Below are positions 28,821 through 39,400 of a DNA stretch of 64,000 nt, one piece after another. The stretch lies in contig OZ244744.1 in assembly GCA_965219455.1 (NCBI GenBank), positions 1,952,001 to 2,016,000 of the forward strand, written 5' to 3'. Within the stretch, counting starts at the first letter, position 1. Each line of letters begins with the position of its first letter. Origin of the DNA: Candidatus Latescibacterota bacterium (GTDB lineage Bacteria > Latescibacterota > UBA2968 > GCA-2709665). The translations under genes and the position numbers were made by a program. The notes beneath the pieces were generated by a model. The model saw nothing but the letters and a program-made list of their open reading frames with translations, was not told where the DNA came from and searched no databases.

Positions 28821-31017
28821 GAAGTATTGCCGCCAGGACACGGGTAAACCGGACCGTTCCGCATATTATTCCCCTGCCGAGGCGACGACCTTTATGTTCA
28901 GGCTCTTTGAGCCCTCCAGAAACAGATCGACGTCCTTTTGTGCGGAAAGAATCGGCGGGGGCGCCTGGCGCGGAACGCCTCTCCCTCGACCGGGCGGTGA
29001 TGCGCCCCCAGACCCGGAGCCCGGCGGGGAGCCCGCACCCCCGGGCGCTTCGAGCGGCATTTCGAACGTCAACCGGGCTATCAACACGATGTTGTCGTCC
29101 TCGCTATTGACCCTCGCAAAGGCGTCGTCGAGCGTCTCCTCGCCCCTGAAGGGGCCGAAAAACGAAGGCGGTCCGCCGCCACCGGCGTCGTCCCCCAGCG
29201 TCGCTAACGAACCCGCTTCGAGCCGGTAGACGCCCTCGGGAAACGTATCGGGAACGACGAGCGCCATTTCGATCTCCCGGTCGATGCGCCGCCCAACGCG
29301 CAGTGCGGCGGTAACGGCCAGCGTGTCTCCGGGACTGATGACGGTGTCCGCAGTCACTTCAAAAACCCTGGCGAAACGGGGCTCGGCAATTACCTCTATA
29401 TGGACCCCGGCATCCGTCACCTGCAATGCGTAATCGTCCCTCGTCATCAGACCGGAGAGCGCGAAGGATACGTCGGAGGCCGCATTCCTGATCAACGAAC
29501 CGAGCCGGCCTTCCGGCGAGGCGTGGAGTCGGGTACGCGAGAGCGTGGAGTCGGTACCGTCAAAGGAAACGTCCGCGGTAACGCGGATACTGTGGTCCGG
29601 ATCCTGCTCGACCCGGTTGGACAGAGGTCTGAAAAACGCATTGACGACCAGATCGACAGATAGATCCGGGCTCACGCCGACGGTGGGCATCTTATGCAAG
29701 AGCTCCACTTCGCCGCCAGTTGCAAACGCATACACGCTTCTGATCGACACCAGGTCCGGCCCGTCGTCCAATATGCCCCGGACCCCGGGCAGGCGGTCTT
29801 CGGTGAGCGTGCCCCTTACCGTCGGGTTCAGCGTCACGAATTTGAACGGCGCCGACAGATTGGAGATCTCTCCGAGCACTTTTGCTTCGATGATGGGAAG
29901 CGCCACAGGTCCTGCATCCCGCATGGAATGTCCGAAACCATAGATCCGGTCGCCGTCCACGAAGGAGATGGTCCCGAAGGCGGCGCCTGTCAGTTCGCCC
30001 AGCAGCAAACCCACGGCCAGCGGCCTGCCCGGCGCGAAGCTGGTCTGGCGGTCCGTTGTCAAACCGGCGGCGACCGCGTCGCTAAGGAGAGACGGACTCC
30101 CTTCCGGCGTTAGCTGGCCACGGCTGAGACCGGTACTCAACAGCGGAACGTCCAGAGGTACGATGCTGCTTCCGCCCCACGTGGCTGCGCGTTTGGCCAA
30201 TGGAACCGTTCCCCTGGCGCCAATGACCCATTCCATGGGCGTGGCGAAAAAGTAATAAGGCGGGCTGTCCTGGGCGTTGGGACCAAAAGCGATCGCGCCC
30301 CACGCGCCCTGCTCAGAAAAAATGGGGGAACCGCTCATGCCCTTGGAAATGCCTCCCAGGCTTACCAGGACCGAATCGGAGGCTTCCACCATGTAGACCG
30401 GCATTGGCGGCATGAAATCGTCCACGACCTGGATGAACTTCATTTCCAGGTCGGCGAGTTCGCCGTTGGCGAATTCGGTCCGCATGAAAACACGCGTGCC
30501 CGCAGGCACGGACCGGACGGAGTCGATCGGCACAATCCTGGAAAGGTCCCAGGGTAGGAGCATCCCGAAAGAAAAGTCCTTCCCGTAGTTCCGTGCAAAG
30601 ATCACAAAATCCGAAAACCCGATTTCACCGTCGCCATTCAGATCGAACATCGCATCATATCCGTCATCGCCCTGACTTAATCCGAATTTTGCCGCAAACT
30701 GCGAAAAATCACTGAAGCCAACCGTCCCGTCGCCGTCAAAGTCCGGAAAAAACGCGGTGCTATGGTCATAGGTATTGACGGTAATCTCTTGCAATGTCGT
30801 GCGATCAGCATCCGCTTCCGAACCCGCAGCGACGAATGCCAGCAACGCCAAAGTGGCAATGAACACAATATTCTTTTTAGAAAACATCCGGTGCAATCCT
30901 CCCCGTTGTACGTTGGTGTTAACGCGGTTACATAGAGTGGTTTGGCAAACCCGCTGCCGATATGCCGACCGGTTTCTGACTCAAAAGGGCTTGTCGAAAA
31001 AATTGCTGCGGAAACAG
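28820..31017. repeat. Duplicated unit, copy 2 (S55 gene plus flanks)
   Basis: Begins GGAAGTATTGCCGCCAGGACACGGGTAAACC, ends AAAATTGCTGCGGAAACAG. Confidence 0.9.
28866..30887 (-). CDS. Secreted SpoIVB-like S55 peptidase with dockerin-like double EF-hand (paralog)
   Basis: Same architecture and motifs as 26161-28203; start set at ATG 30887 (MFSKKNIV) by homology. Confidence 0.88.
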   Translation of the reverse strand: MFSKKNIVFIATLALLAFVAAGSEADADRTTLQEITVNTYDHSTAFFPDFDGDGTVGFSDFSQFAAKFGLSQGDDGYDAMFDLNGDGEIGFSDFVIFARNYGKDFSFGMLLPWDLSRIVPIDSVRSVPAGTRVFMRTEFANGELADLEMKFIQVVDDFMPPMPVYMVEASDSVLVSLGGISKGMSGSPIFSEQGAWGAIAFGPNAQDSPPYYFFATPMEWVIGARGTVPLAKRAATWGGSSIVPLDVPLLSTGLSRGQLTPEGSPSLLSDAVAAGLTTDRQTSFAPGRPLAVGLLLGELTGAAFGTISFVDGDRIYGFGHSMRDAGPVALPIIEAKVLGEISNLSAPFKFVTLNPTVRGTLTEDRLPGVRGILDDGPDLVSIRSVYAFATGGEVELLHKMPTVGVSPDLSVDLVVNAFFRPLSNRVEQDPDHSIRVTADVSFDGTDSTLSRTRLHASPEGRLGSLIRNAASDVSFALSGLMTRDDYALQVTDAGVHIEVIAEPRFARVFEVTADTVISPGDTLAVTAALRVGRRIDREIEMALVVPDTFPEGVYRLEAGSLATLGDDAGGGGPPSFFGPFRGEETLDDAFARVNSEDDNIVLIARLTFEMPLEAPGGAGSPPGSGSGGASPPGRGRGVPRQAPPPILSAQKDVDLFLEGSKSLNIKVVASAGE

Positions 31018-31185
31018 GTCATGGTTCATCGATTGATTTCCCTTCCTGCTTTTCGTGACAGATCGTAAGGGCGTCGGCTTTCCTTATGTCCATATGACAG
31101 CCGGGATCGGCCAGGGCGGTAACACCTTTGCAAACAGCGATTTTGACATGAAACGGTCGACAGTAGCGTGGTCTGCGAAGCACCT

Positions 31186-32457
31186 TCAGGGCTTCCTCAG
31201 CAGGACGATCCTGTTGGTATTGGTTCCCTTTTTCAGGTTGTCAACGCCCCAGCAATTCGACGTCTTCGTGAAGACCTGATCATTCACCAGAACGAGGAGC
31301 GGCTCCAGACCCGCCTCGGCCGCGGCTGGAACGACCAACGATTCCAGGAGGATCTTCCCGCCGCGGACTTCCCCGACCTCGAAAGCGACATAGCCCCCAG
31401 GCTTGAGAACCCTTATGAGTTCGACGAATACCATCGTCATAGCCGCCTGCCATTCCTGAGGCTTCTTGAAGTGCCATACGTGAACGGTCTGCGCGTCAAT
31501 ACCATTAAACCAGCACCGTAACCAGTTGTCGGTCAGGTAGTCCACCACGTCCAGAAACGGCGGCGACGTTACGACCAGACTGATGGAATCACTCTCAATC
31601 CCGGGCGTTCTGTCCGATGATCCGGTGATAAGCGACGCCTCTCTCGACGTCTCCCGAAGCCCTTCGGCATCCTCTTCTTCCAGTTTACTGAGGAGAGATC
31701 GGGATTTCTTCAGAATCGATACCCGAACGTCCCGTTCGGGAGGTGTCTGCTGTCGATTCTCGTTGATGCCCCTCTGCCGGTCAACCGTGACGGCCTGGTT
31801 CGGGGGCAATGTATAGACCGAAAAGAAACCGGGTGAATGACCCGTCAGCCGGTTGGTCGCCACCATCCTGATCCACCGGTCGATCGCGTCCAGGCCGCCG
31901 TCTTCCATTTTTCGGAGCAGGTATTTCCGCAGGTTGGTGATCTGGCGCAGTGTATTCGGATGATAGAACGCGAGCAGGTCGTCCCACGTGTCGCATTTCT
32001 TTTCGAGGGGCAGTTCCTTCAGGCGTTCCGAAACAGCCGCCAGCGGGGGCGGGGCGAGCCGCGGGGCCACGAGTATTTCGCTTAAGGGATTGATGTCCGT
32101 CCCGACGGGCACACGCCCCAGCAATGCGGCCTCGATGACGGTCGTTCCGCGCCCCAGGAAGGGATCGTAGACCGCGTCGCCGGGACTGGTGAGCCGCTCG
32201 ATGAAAAACCGGGGCAACTGTGGCTTGAAGCAGGCGCGATACGAAACCTCGTGAAGCGAATTGGCCGCTCTCTGTTTCGACGTCCAGAACTCATTGACGT
32301 AGACCGGAATATCGAAGTCCGGTTCGGGGAATTCCAGGATTGCCGTTTCCTTTCGGAATTCGTCGAATGCCTCGATATCGCCGAGGAATTCTTCAAACGA
32401 TAATGATCCTGTTGACGTGTCATGCTGGTCAAATAACTCTATCTGTCTTGCCGCCAC
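31186..32457 (-). CDS. Site-specific amino-DNA methyltransferase (N4-C/N6-A), orphan
   Basis: Motif I 'VYDPFLGRGTT', motif IV 'VVTSPPF', 'RVLKPGG'. Confidence 0.88.
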   Translation of the reverse strand: MAARQIELFDQHDTSTGSLSFEEFLGDIEAFDEFRKETAILEFPEPDFDIPVYVNEFWTSKQRAANSLHEVSYRACFKPQLPRFFIERLTSPGDAVYDPFLGRGTTVIEAALLGRVPVGTDINPLSEILVAPRLAPPPLAAVSERLKELPLEKKCDTWDDLLAFYHPNTLRQITNLRKYLLRKMEDGGLDAIDRWIRMVATNRLTGHSPGFFSVYTLPPNQAVTVDRQRGINENRQQTPPERDVRVSILKKSRSLLSKLEEEDAEGLRETSREASLITGSSDRTPGIESDSISLVVTSPPFLDVVDYLTDNWLRCWFNGIDAQTVHVWHFKKPQEWQAAMTMVFVELIRVLKPGGYVAFEVGEVRGGKILLESLVVPAAAEAGLEPLLVLVNDQVFTKTSNCWGVDNLKKGTNTNRIVLLRKP

Positions 32458-32570
32458 TCACATCCTCCGGAATTGCTCAGGCACCAGGCCTGGAACACAA
32501 CTCAAAGCGACTCCCGCACCAACTGAAAGTCCTCATCAACGCGGCTTCTTCACTAACGGTGTAAATTCGT

Positions 32571-33605
32571 CTACTCCCCTTCCGAGACCTGTCGGCGGCG
32601 GCGGCGGGCAAGTTCCCGCATGTCCGTAACCGTGTCCGACTCGTCCACGATCTCCCTGCCAAGAATCTCTTCCAGCACGTCTTCCAACGTCAGGATCCCG
32701 GCCAGCCCGCTGTATTCGTCGATCACCGCAAAGAGGTGCTGTTTGCGTTCCAGGAACATCTCGAGAACGCGGTCCAGCGAGACCGTCTCCGAGACAAAGT
32801 GAACCGGCTGCATCAGTTCCGAAATGGGCGTTTGCCCCCGCCCGCCGGTCAGGGCGTTGAATGCATCCCGGCGCATCACGACGCCGATCACATCCTCGAA
32901 TTCATTCTCGTAAACGGGAACCCGGCTGTACGGCCAGACGCCCGCCTCTTTCTGGGCCTGTTCCACGGTCAGATCCGCGCTCAACGCGAATACGACCGTT
33001 CGCGGCGTCATCACGTCCTTCGCGGTCTTGCGTTTCAGCGAAAGGATATTCTGCATCACGCGGGCTTCATCGGGTTGTATGGCACCGGTCCTCCTGCCCA
33101 TGCGCGCCATAACGGTGATCTCTTCCTCGGAGACCTCCTGGCTTGCCAGACCTTTTGAAAACGCACGGGTCACCAACCGGCACATCTCCACAAGTGGGTA
33201 CAGAACCCAGACCAGAAATTGGAGTGGCATCGCGACAAAGCCGGCCAGGGATCGGCTGTAAACCACGCCTACGGTCTTGGGGATGACTTCGGAGAGGACC
33301 AGGACGGACAGTGTGATAAAAACGGTGAAATAATGCTCCGATTGCCCTCCGAAAACCTTGACAAACGCCGCGCCGGCCACAAACGCGCCGCCGGTATTGG
33401 CGATGGTGTTCAGTGACAGGATGGCCGAGATGGACCGATCGACGTTTCGCATTCGCAGGTCTTTCAGGATCCGGCCAGAGGCGGTTCCCCTCTGTGCAAG
33501 GCTCTCGACATAACTGACGGGAACGGCGTAGAGAACCGCCTCGAAGAGCGAGCACATCGCGGAGACGACGATAACGGCGGTTACCGCAATAACAAGCTCA
33601 AACAA
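32571..33605 (-). CDS. CNNM/DUF21 + CBS domain protein (HlyC/CorC family)
   Basis: 'SLFEAVL', 'ILSLNTIAN', 'SEVIPKT', 'VMTPR', 'YSRVPVY', 'VIDEYSGLAGILTLEDVLEEILGREIVDESD'. Confidence 0.95.
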   Translation of the reverse strand: MFELVIAVTAVIVVSAMCSLFEAVLYAVPVSYVESLAQRGTASGRILKDLRMRNVDRSISAILSLNTIANTGGAFVAGAAFVKVFGGQSEHYFTVFITLSVLVLSEVIPKTVGVVYSRSLAGFVAMPLQFLVWVLYPLVEMCRLVTRAFSKGLASQEVSEEEITVMARMGRRTGAIQPDEARVMQNILSLKRKTAKDVMTPRTVVFALSADLTVEQAQKEAGVWPYSRVPVYENEFEDVIGVVMRRDAFNALTGGRGQTPISELMQPVHFVSETVSLDRVLEMFLERKQHLFAVIDEYSGLAGILTLEDVLEEILGREIVDESDTVTDMRELARRRRRQVSEGE

Positions 33606-33683
33606 GTCTGTTCACCTCCTGCACACAAAGAAAGAGCCGTGAGTATATAGTCTCGGAAAATCGTGGGACCGCGCGATCCAGGG

Positions 33684-36422
33684 TCAATCCCCGGAATCAC
33701 GCCGTCCAAATTGAGCCGCAAGGATGAGGAAATCACGAAACCCCACCTCGCCGTCGACGTTCAGGTCGAACCTGGCGTCCCATCCCGCCGTACCAGCGCG
33801 GGACCCGAACGCCCGCGCGAAAGCCACGAAGTCGCTGAAACCCACCGTACCGTTCCCGTCGAAGTCCCCCCGCAAACCAACGGGCGCCTCCTGGAAAGTC
33901 GGCAGCCAGGCCCCGTTCGTCAGGACGAATTCTCCCTCGCCTTCCGAGAAGTCGCGCAACCGACCGGACGCGTCGCGGTACCGAAGCATGTCCAGAACCC
34001 GGGCCCTGCGTCCCGCGGTTCCATCCAGCGTAATCACGACGGCCCGCCCGTCGGTCTCGAGCCCATCCACCGCGACCACCTCGTCCGTTCGATTGAAGCC
34101 CACGCGGGTACTGTCCGCAAACGTCACCAGCAGGAGGCGCGGCATGATCTCCAGCGCCGGACGCGTCGCCGCGGGGCCCAGGTACAACGCCGCCACAACC
34201 GGCGTGGCGGTCACCGGACCGGTCGTCAATGCGAGCTGTCCGATCCGGGGGTGGTAGTCCGGCCGAAGGATATTGTTCCAGACAGGCTCGTAGCGGTCAA
34301 TCCGTACGTCCATGCCAGCCGGCGTCAGTAGATTGATCAGCAGCGAGGCGCCTCCGTAGGAAGCCTCAAACCGCCCCTCGCCCGCCGACACTATCTCCGC
34401 GTCCTCATCGAAATGCAGCAGCCACGTGAACCGCCGCGGTCGTTCCGCCTCCAGGTGATCGGCAATCAAGACCCGCTGGCGGTCCACCATCAATATCTGG
34501 CGCGTAAAGCGCTTCAGACCCAACTGGGGCGGGTACGCCGATGCCGCTTCCCCCCGCACATAGGGAAACTGCGTGGAAGCGTACCCGATGTGCGCCCACC
34601 CCGGATACCAGCGCGGCCACCGCTCTCCGTCGCCGTACTGCCCCTGCCCGTCCACCAGAACCGTATTGTGGTTCGCCGTTTCCTTCTTCAGCGTATAGCC
34701 CGGGTCAATCACCAGTTCCTTCCCGCTGCCGTAAAGCACAAAGCTGTTCTGCGCGGGATGGTTGTGCCCCACACCGCCGATCCAGGGATACGCCTCGATC
34801 AGACGAGCCAGTGTGTGCCCGCCCAGCGGCCGAGCGCCAAGCGCGAACATTGTGGCCTCCGGCCGCCACGAGGTCCGTGCAAAGTACATCTCCACGTCCG
34901 GGTAATAGGCCAGCTTCGGCATCAGCTCGTCCAGCGTTCCGACCGCCGTGCCCATGTCCCCGGCCAGTGCCTTCAACGTCCACCAGTGGGTACTCTGCCT
35001 GCCCGCGTGAATCAACTCCGCAATACGAAACAGCCGGGCGTCGCCATTGCGCCCGGCCAGCCAGTGCAGCCGTTCCATCGAGGGTACAACTCCGGGCCGG
35101 AACGTATCTTCAATCGCCGCGCCCGAATGCAGATCGGGATAGACGTAATGGATCGGAAAATAGCCTGTCTTCCTCAGCCACGCGTCCGCATGGGCGATGG
35201 TCCGCCCCGTTGTATGCTCATACAGGTCGATCCATCGAAACAGCGACCCCACGGAGAAGTTCCAGTAGGCAGGCCCCTCGTGGAACCCCCCGTCCTCCGC
35301 AAAGGTCTTCAGCGTCCCCTGCAGGCGGTCCCAGCTCCAGGCCATCCACATCTCGGCCTCGGGGACCTCGCCGTAAAGTGCGGCGCCAGCCACGCCGATG
35401 GCGTAATTGTCGAACCAGTAATGGTTCTGCTGCACCGTGCGCGCCCAGTACATCCGCTCCATAAAGGACGCCTCGAACATGAGTCGGGCCTGGTACGCCA
35501 GCTTCTCCCGGATGATCCGCCGCTCCTCCTCCGTGAACCAGTGGTAGAGCCAGTCGTAGGCGACCGCGGTCCCGTGGATCATATAGGCCGCGTCCAGGTC
35601 CAGATCCGGCGTGCTGTGCGACCAGCCGTCCGGGAGCCATTTATCGTATGTACAGATCGTGAGAACGTGTCGCCGGATTGCCTCGAAACGCTCGGTCGCA
35701 TCAGGGGAATTTCCCAGCAGGCACGGGATCGCCTGGTTCTCGATGCGCCACGCCCACCCCGCGCGCTTTGGCGGACCCGAGTTGGGAGGCGGCGTGCCTC
35801 GCAACATCCCCTGGAGACGGTAGAGCCGCTGTCCGGCTGCGCTGCGCCGTGCGTTGCGCAAACGCTCGGCGTCCCACCGCGTCACAAACAGACGCGGGCG
35901 CTCTTCCGCCAGGTCGGGCCGGATAACCGATGCCGCATCGACCTGTGCCGTCAGATGCGTCAGCTTCAGGCGAGCCACGCTGACACCGGGCCGTTCCCGC
36001 AGCACAAGGCGTATGTTCGTTTTTCCCGGCACATCCAGTCGAAAACCCCGATACGCCTCCCCGTACGCGCCCTTGGGCAATACGATCGGCTGCGGCTGCC
36101 GCTCTCCGTTCACCTCCAGCCAGAACGAATCGGTTGACGTCGACGGGGCCGAGCAGAGAACGCTCAGGCGGTAGATCCCCGGCATCAGATCCGGGTTGAG
36201 TGTCAACGCGAAATCCGCCCCGAGCGTGCGAACCACCGTTCCCACCTCCCGCCGGACCAGGTCGAACCCCCCTGAAGCAACCTGTCTGAGCGCTTCACCC
36301 TCAGCTGAAAAGAGTACGTCTTCCTGGATCAGATCGCTCGTCGACGGATCGTCCGGCAGGGCAAACGCTGGGCTTTCCATCAAAAATGCAAAGAAAAGGA
36401 CCAAAAGGAAATAACGCAGCAT
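33684..36422 (-). CDS. Secreted DUF4962/heparinase II/III-like protein with C-terminal dockerin-like EF-hand pair
   Basis: Signal peptide from ATG 36422 (MLRYFLLVLF...AFA); 'RPRLF', 'AVAYDWLY', 'QQNHYW', 'DGGFHEGPAYW', 'GHNHPAQNSF', 'HNTVLVDGQGQ'; C-terminal DFDGNGTVGFSDF...DLNVDGEVGFRDF. Confidence 0.87.
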   Translation of the reverse strand: MLRYFLLVLFFAFLMESPAFALPDDPSTSDLIQEDVLFSAEGEALRQVASGGFDLVRREVGTVVRTLGADFALTLNPDLMPGIYRLSVLCSAPSTSTDSFWLEVNGERQPQPIVLPKGAYGEAYRGFRLDVPGKTNIRLVLRERPGVSVARLKLTHLTAQVDAASVIRPDLAEERPRLFVTRWDAERLRNARRSAAGQRLYRLQGMLRGTPPPNSGPPKRAGWAWRIENQAIPCLLGNSPDATERFEAIRRHVLTICTYDKWLPDGWSHSTPDLDLDAAYMIHGTAVAYDWLYHWFTEEERRIIREKLAYQARLMFEASFMERMYWARTVQQNHYWFDNYAIGVAGAALYGEVPEAEMWMAWSWDRLQGTLKTFAEDGGFHEGPAYWNFSVGSLFRWIDLYEHTTGRTIAHADAWLRKTGYFPIHYVYPDLHSGAAIEDTFRPGVVPSMERLHWLAGRNGDARLFRIAELIHAGRQSTHWWTLKALAGDMGTAVGTLDELMPKLAYYPDVEMYFARTSWRPEATMFALGARPLGGHTLARLIEAYPWIGGVGHNHPAQNSFVLYGSGKELVIDPGYTLKKETANHNTVLVDGQGQYGDGERWPRWYPGWAHIGYASTQFPYVRGEAASAYPPQLGLKRFTRQILMVDRQRVLIADHLEAERPRRFTWLLHFDEDAEIVSAGEGRFEASYGGASLLINLLTPAGMDVRIDRYEPVWNNILRPDYHPRIGQLALTTGPVTATPVVAALYLGPAATRPALEIMPRLLLVTFADSTRVGFNRTDEVVAVDGLETDGRAVVITLDGTAGRRARVLDMLRYRDASGRLRDFSEGEGEFVLTNGAWLPTFQEAPVGLRGDFDGNGTVGFSDFVAFARAFGSRAGTAGWDARFDLNVDGEVGFRDFLILAAQFGRRDSGD

Positions 36423-36494
36423 ATATCCGGCTCCCCAATCACTCCCCGAAAATCCAGAGCCGACACGTCGCCTTCGTCCTGCCACCGAACGCTA

Positions 36495-39400
36495 TCACAA
36501 CGTGGAGAACGCCACAATCGAGCCGTCCTCACACCCCAGCACCAGCCGTCCCTCCGCGAAGGCCGAGGCGGTCACACCCGCAGGCAGCACTCCCAATAAC
36601 GCCGTCTCCCCGTCTCCACTCACCCGCAGAACGCGGCCGTCCACGCACACCACAGCGGCTGTACTGCCCATGCGGACGACCCGCGCCGCGCCAGGGGCTA
36701 CGTCCACCGTCCACATCGGCGCACCCCCCGGGCCAAAGCCGATTGCCGTCGGCCCTTCCGTAGCAGCAAAAAGGACCTTCTCTCCGGAACCGTCCAGGAG
36801 CGCCAGCCCCGCCGGCACCTCGCCCAGGCAGTGGCCCCATCGCCTCGCCTTCTCTGCAAAGCTGTGCACCCTCAGGTTCTCCTGCCGATTGACCGCGCAG
36901 GCCACCTCCACCAGCCCGTCGCCGTCCAGGTCCGCAATCAGCACATCCTTCACCTGCGACGTCCATCCCGCATTGTAAAAGGTATGCTTCTGCTGTCCGT
37001 CGACACCGATCACGCGACAGACGCTGCCGGACGACAGGATGTCGCACCCCCCTACAATCTCCTTTTTCCCGTCCCCGTCCAGATCGTACGTCTCAAAGGT
37101 CAGGAACGTTCCATGGTCCGTGCGGTACTCCCACCGCTCATTTCCCTCCGCGTTCACCAGGTGCAGCCGCATATTGCCGGGTGTCACAACCACCTCACCG
37201 CTGCCGTCGCCGTCCAGGTCTTCCACCCACACGCGTTTGATACTCGATTTGTACCAGGACCAGTAGTCCCAGTACTGGTTGCCGTATTCGGGGTGATACC
37301 GCCAGATCTCCTCGCGGGTGGCGGCATCCAGCGCGCGCACGAACGTGTCCTCGCATCCCAGAACGATCCGGGCGGGGTCCCCCTCGCACAGCACCCCGGT
37401 GTGGACCGTATTGACCGGACTACCCGTCTCAAGAGTCCACGCGCACGCCCCATCCAAACCGAAGGCCACCAGCGCGTCTCCCTCACACGCGGCCAGCACC
37501 ACGTCCCCTCCTGCAATATGCAGGGCATTGATTCGCCCTTTCCCCCGCGCGGTCCACGCGGGCAACGGGGTCTTTGAATCCGATTGCAACGGGGCAACCG
37601 CCTCCTGTCCGCCGGCCCCGTCGAAAAGAACATCCGGATCGGGAATGGCGCCGGCCCCGACGTTGAGCGTGTGAACGGCTCCGCCGTCCAGCTCGCGTTC
37701 GCCCGACGCCCCCTCCCCATCGCGCCATAGAACCGCCAGGTCTTCGGAGGCATCCACCGCAAGCCTGCCCGATGCATCCAATTCCACGCCGCACGGCCTG
37801 GAAAACTGAACCGATAGCCCGCCAACTTTCAACGCCGTGCAGTTCGCCGCAAAAACACCCGCCCGCCAGACCGCCAGCAGGTCACACACCGCGTGCAGGC
37901 CATCCGCCCGCACCACCCCCGTGCAAATCGCAAAAGTCGCTTCCGGTGCTTTCACCCGCACCCATCCCGACGCGTTGCACTGCGCCTCAACCCGGTCTCC
38001 AACCCGATCCCCGGACCGTGCGTACAACAGATTAACAAAACGCATTGCATCGCCCGCCCCCAACACGTCACTCCGGCTCTGATACAGCTCCGTGAGCAGC
38101 GTCCGGTCCGTTCTCAATTGCTCGCCGAGCTCAGGATCATAGCCCGACTTCCACGACGCCGTGGGGCCGTAGAACGCCTCCTGGGTGCGGCAGGCCTGTC
38201 CCGACAGATTCTGAACCACAAAATCGGTCCGGCTGCCCTTCCACTCACTCTGGTGGAAAATACATGCATGATCCGACAGCTCCGGCTGTCCCAGACTGAA
38301 CCAGCGGCAACTACCGCTGTAGGTTGCCCTGTCCCGCGCGACCAGGCGGTCCACCACCAGGAAAAAATCTCCCTTCTTCCAGAGCAGCATCCGCGTCCAG
38401 TCCATACCCACATAGTCCGGTAGCGTCGTGGCGGAGAACCCGAACGTACGCAGATCCGCCTTCCCGTCCATCCGGCAGTAGCTTGGAAGTTCCTCCCCCA
38501 ACCCGTTCCGCGTTACCGTCACCATATTGTGATACTTGGGTGCGGTAAAATAAAGCTGGTCCGCGGACAGCAGCAGAAACCGGTCGTCCTGCGTGAGTGT
38601 GAGAATGGCATTGGCGTCCTCGTAGGAATGCGACCCTCCGCCCGTGCCGTCCAGGATCAGATACTGTGACGTCTTCTCCCAGCCACTCCGCATTGTCAGA
38701 ATATCGAATGTCTTCCCATACGGCACGCCCGGAGGCCTGAGCGCAACCGCGCCGGGAGAATGCTTGGGAATATCGTAATACAGCCGGTCCAGCGGAAACA
38801 CGCGCGTTCCAACCTGATCGCCAGGCGGCGCCACCTCCACCCCCGCATCGTAGAGCTGTCGGCACGGCATCAGGCCGCCGGAGGGTGCAATCTCGGGCGC
38901 CATATTTTCCAGGGCATAGCGCAGCCCGGCATCCCGCAGATAGAAGGACACCTGGGCCAGGAACCAGTTCGGATACGACTTCACGTCTCCGTCTCCTATG
39001 GTAGCGGCAAACCCGTTGCTCGTACAGTTCCCCACTGCGCGGTCCGCTGCCAGGCGCGCCATTCCATTGTCGAAAAACACCGTATTCCCCGTCAGCAGGG
39101 CATAGGTCGCGAAATCCCCGATGCTCTGGTTCCACCCGTGGGCGTTGTCGTCGCAGATCTGTTTGGAACAATAGGCGCCGATACGGAACAGCTCGTCAAC
39201 AAGCGCACGCCATTCCCGAGCTTCGGGAAGACGATAGTGCCGCTCAAAATAGATCGACCCGAACAGCACGCCCAGCGCGCACCGCGTCTGGTGGTTCTGG
39301 CGCGGCAGCTCCGACCCGGCCGAATGGCGCAGGCCTCTATTCTCCGCCCCTTCGGGTGACACCAGCACATTGTACAGAAAACGGACGATCTTCAGCCGGT

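Noticed and set aside
28176-28841. Intact 221-aa gene
   Set aside because: Chimeric ORF: only the middle is transposase. It lacks OrfA and the first catalytic Asp region, and reads into duplicated flank DNA.
26161-30887. Sporulation locus (spoIVB)
   Set aside because: Diderm gene context (TBDR, PorV-like barrel), no other spo genes, and a different domain architecture.
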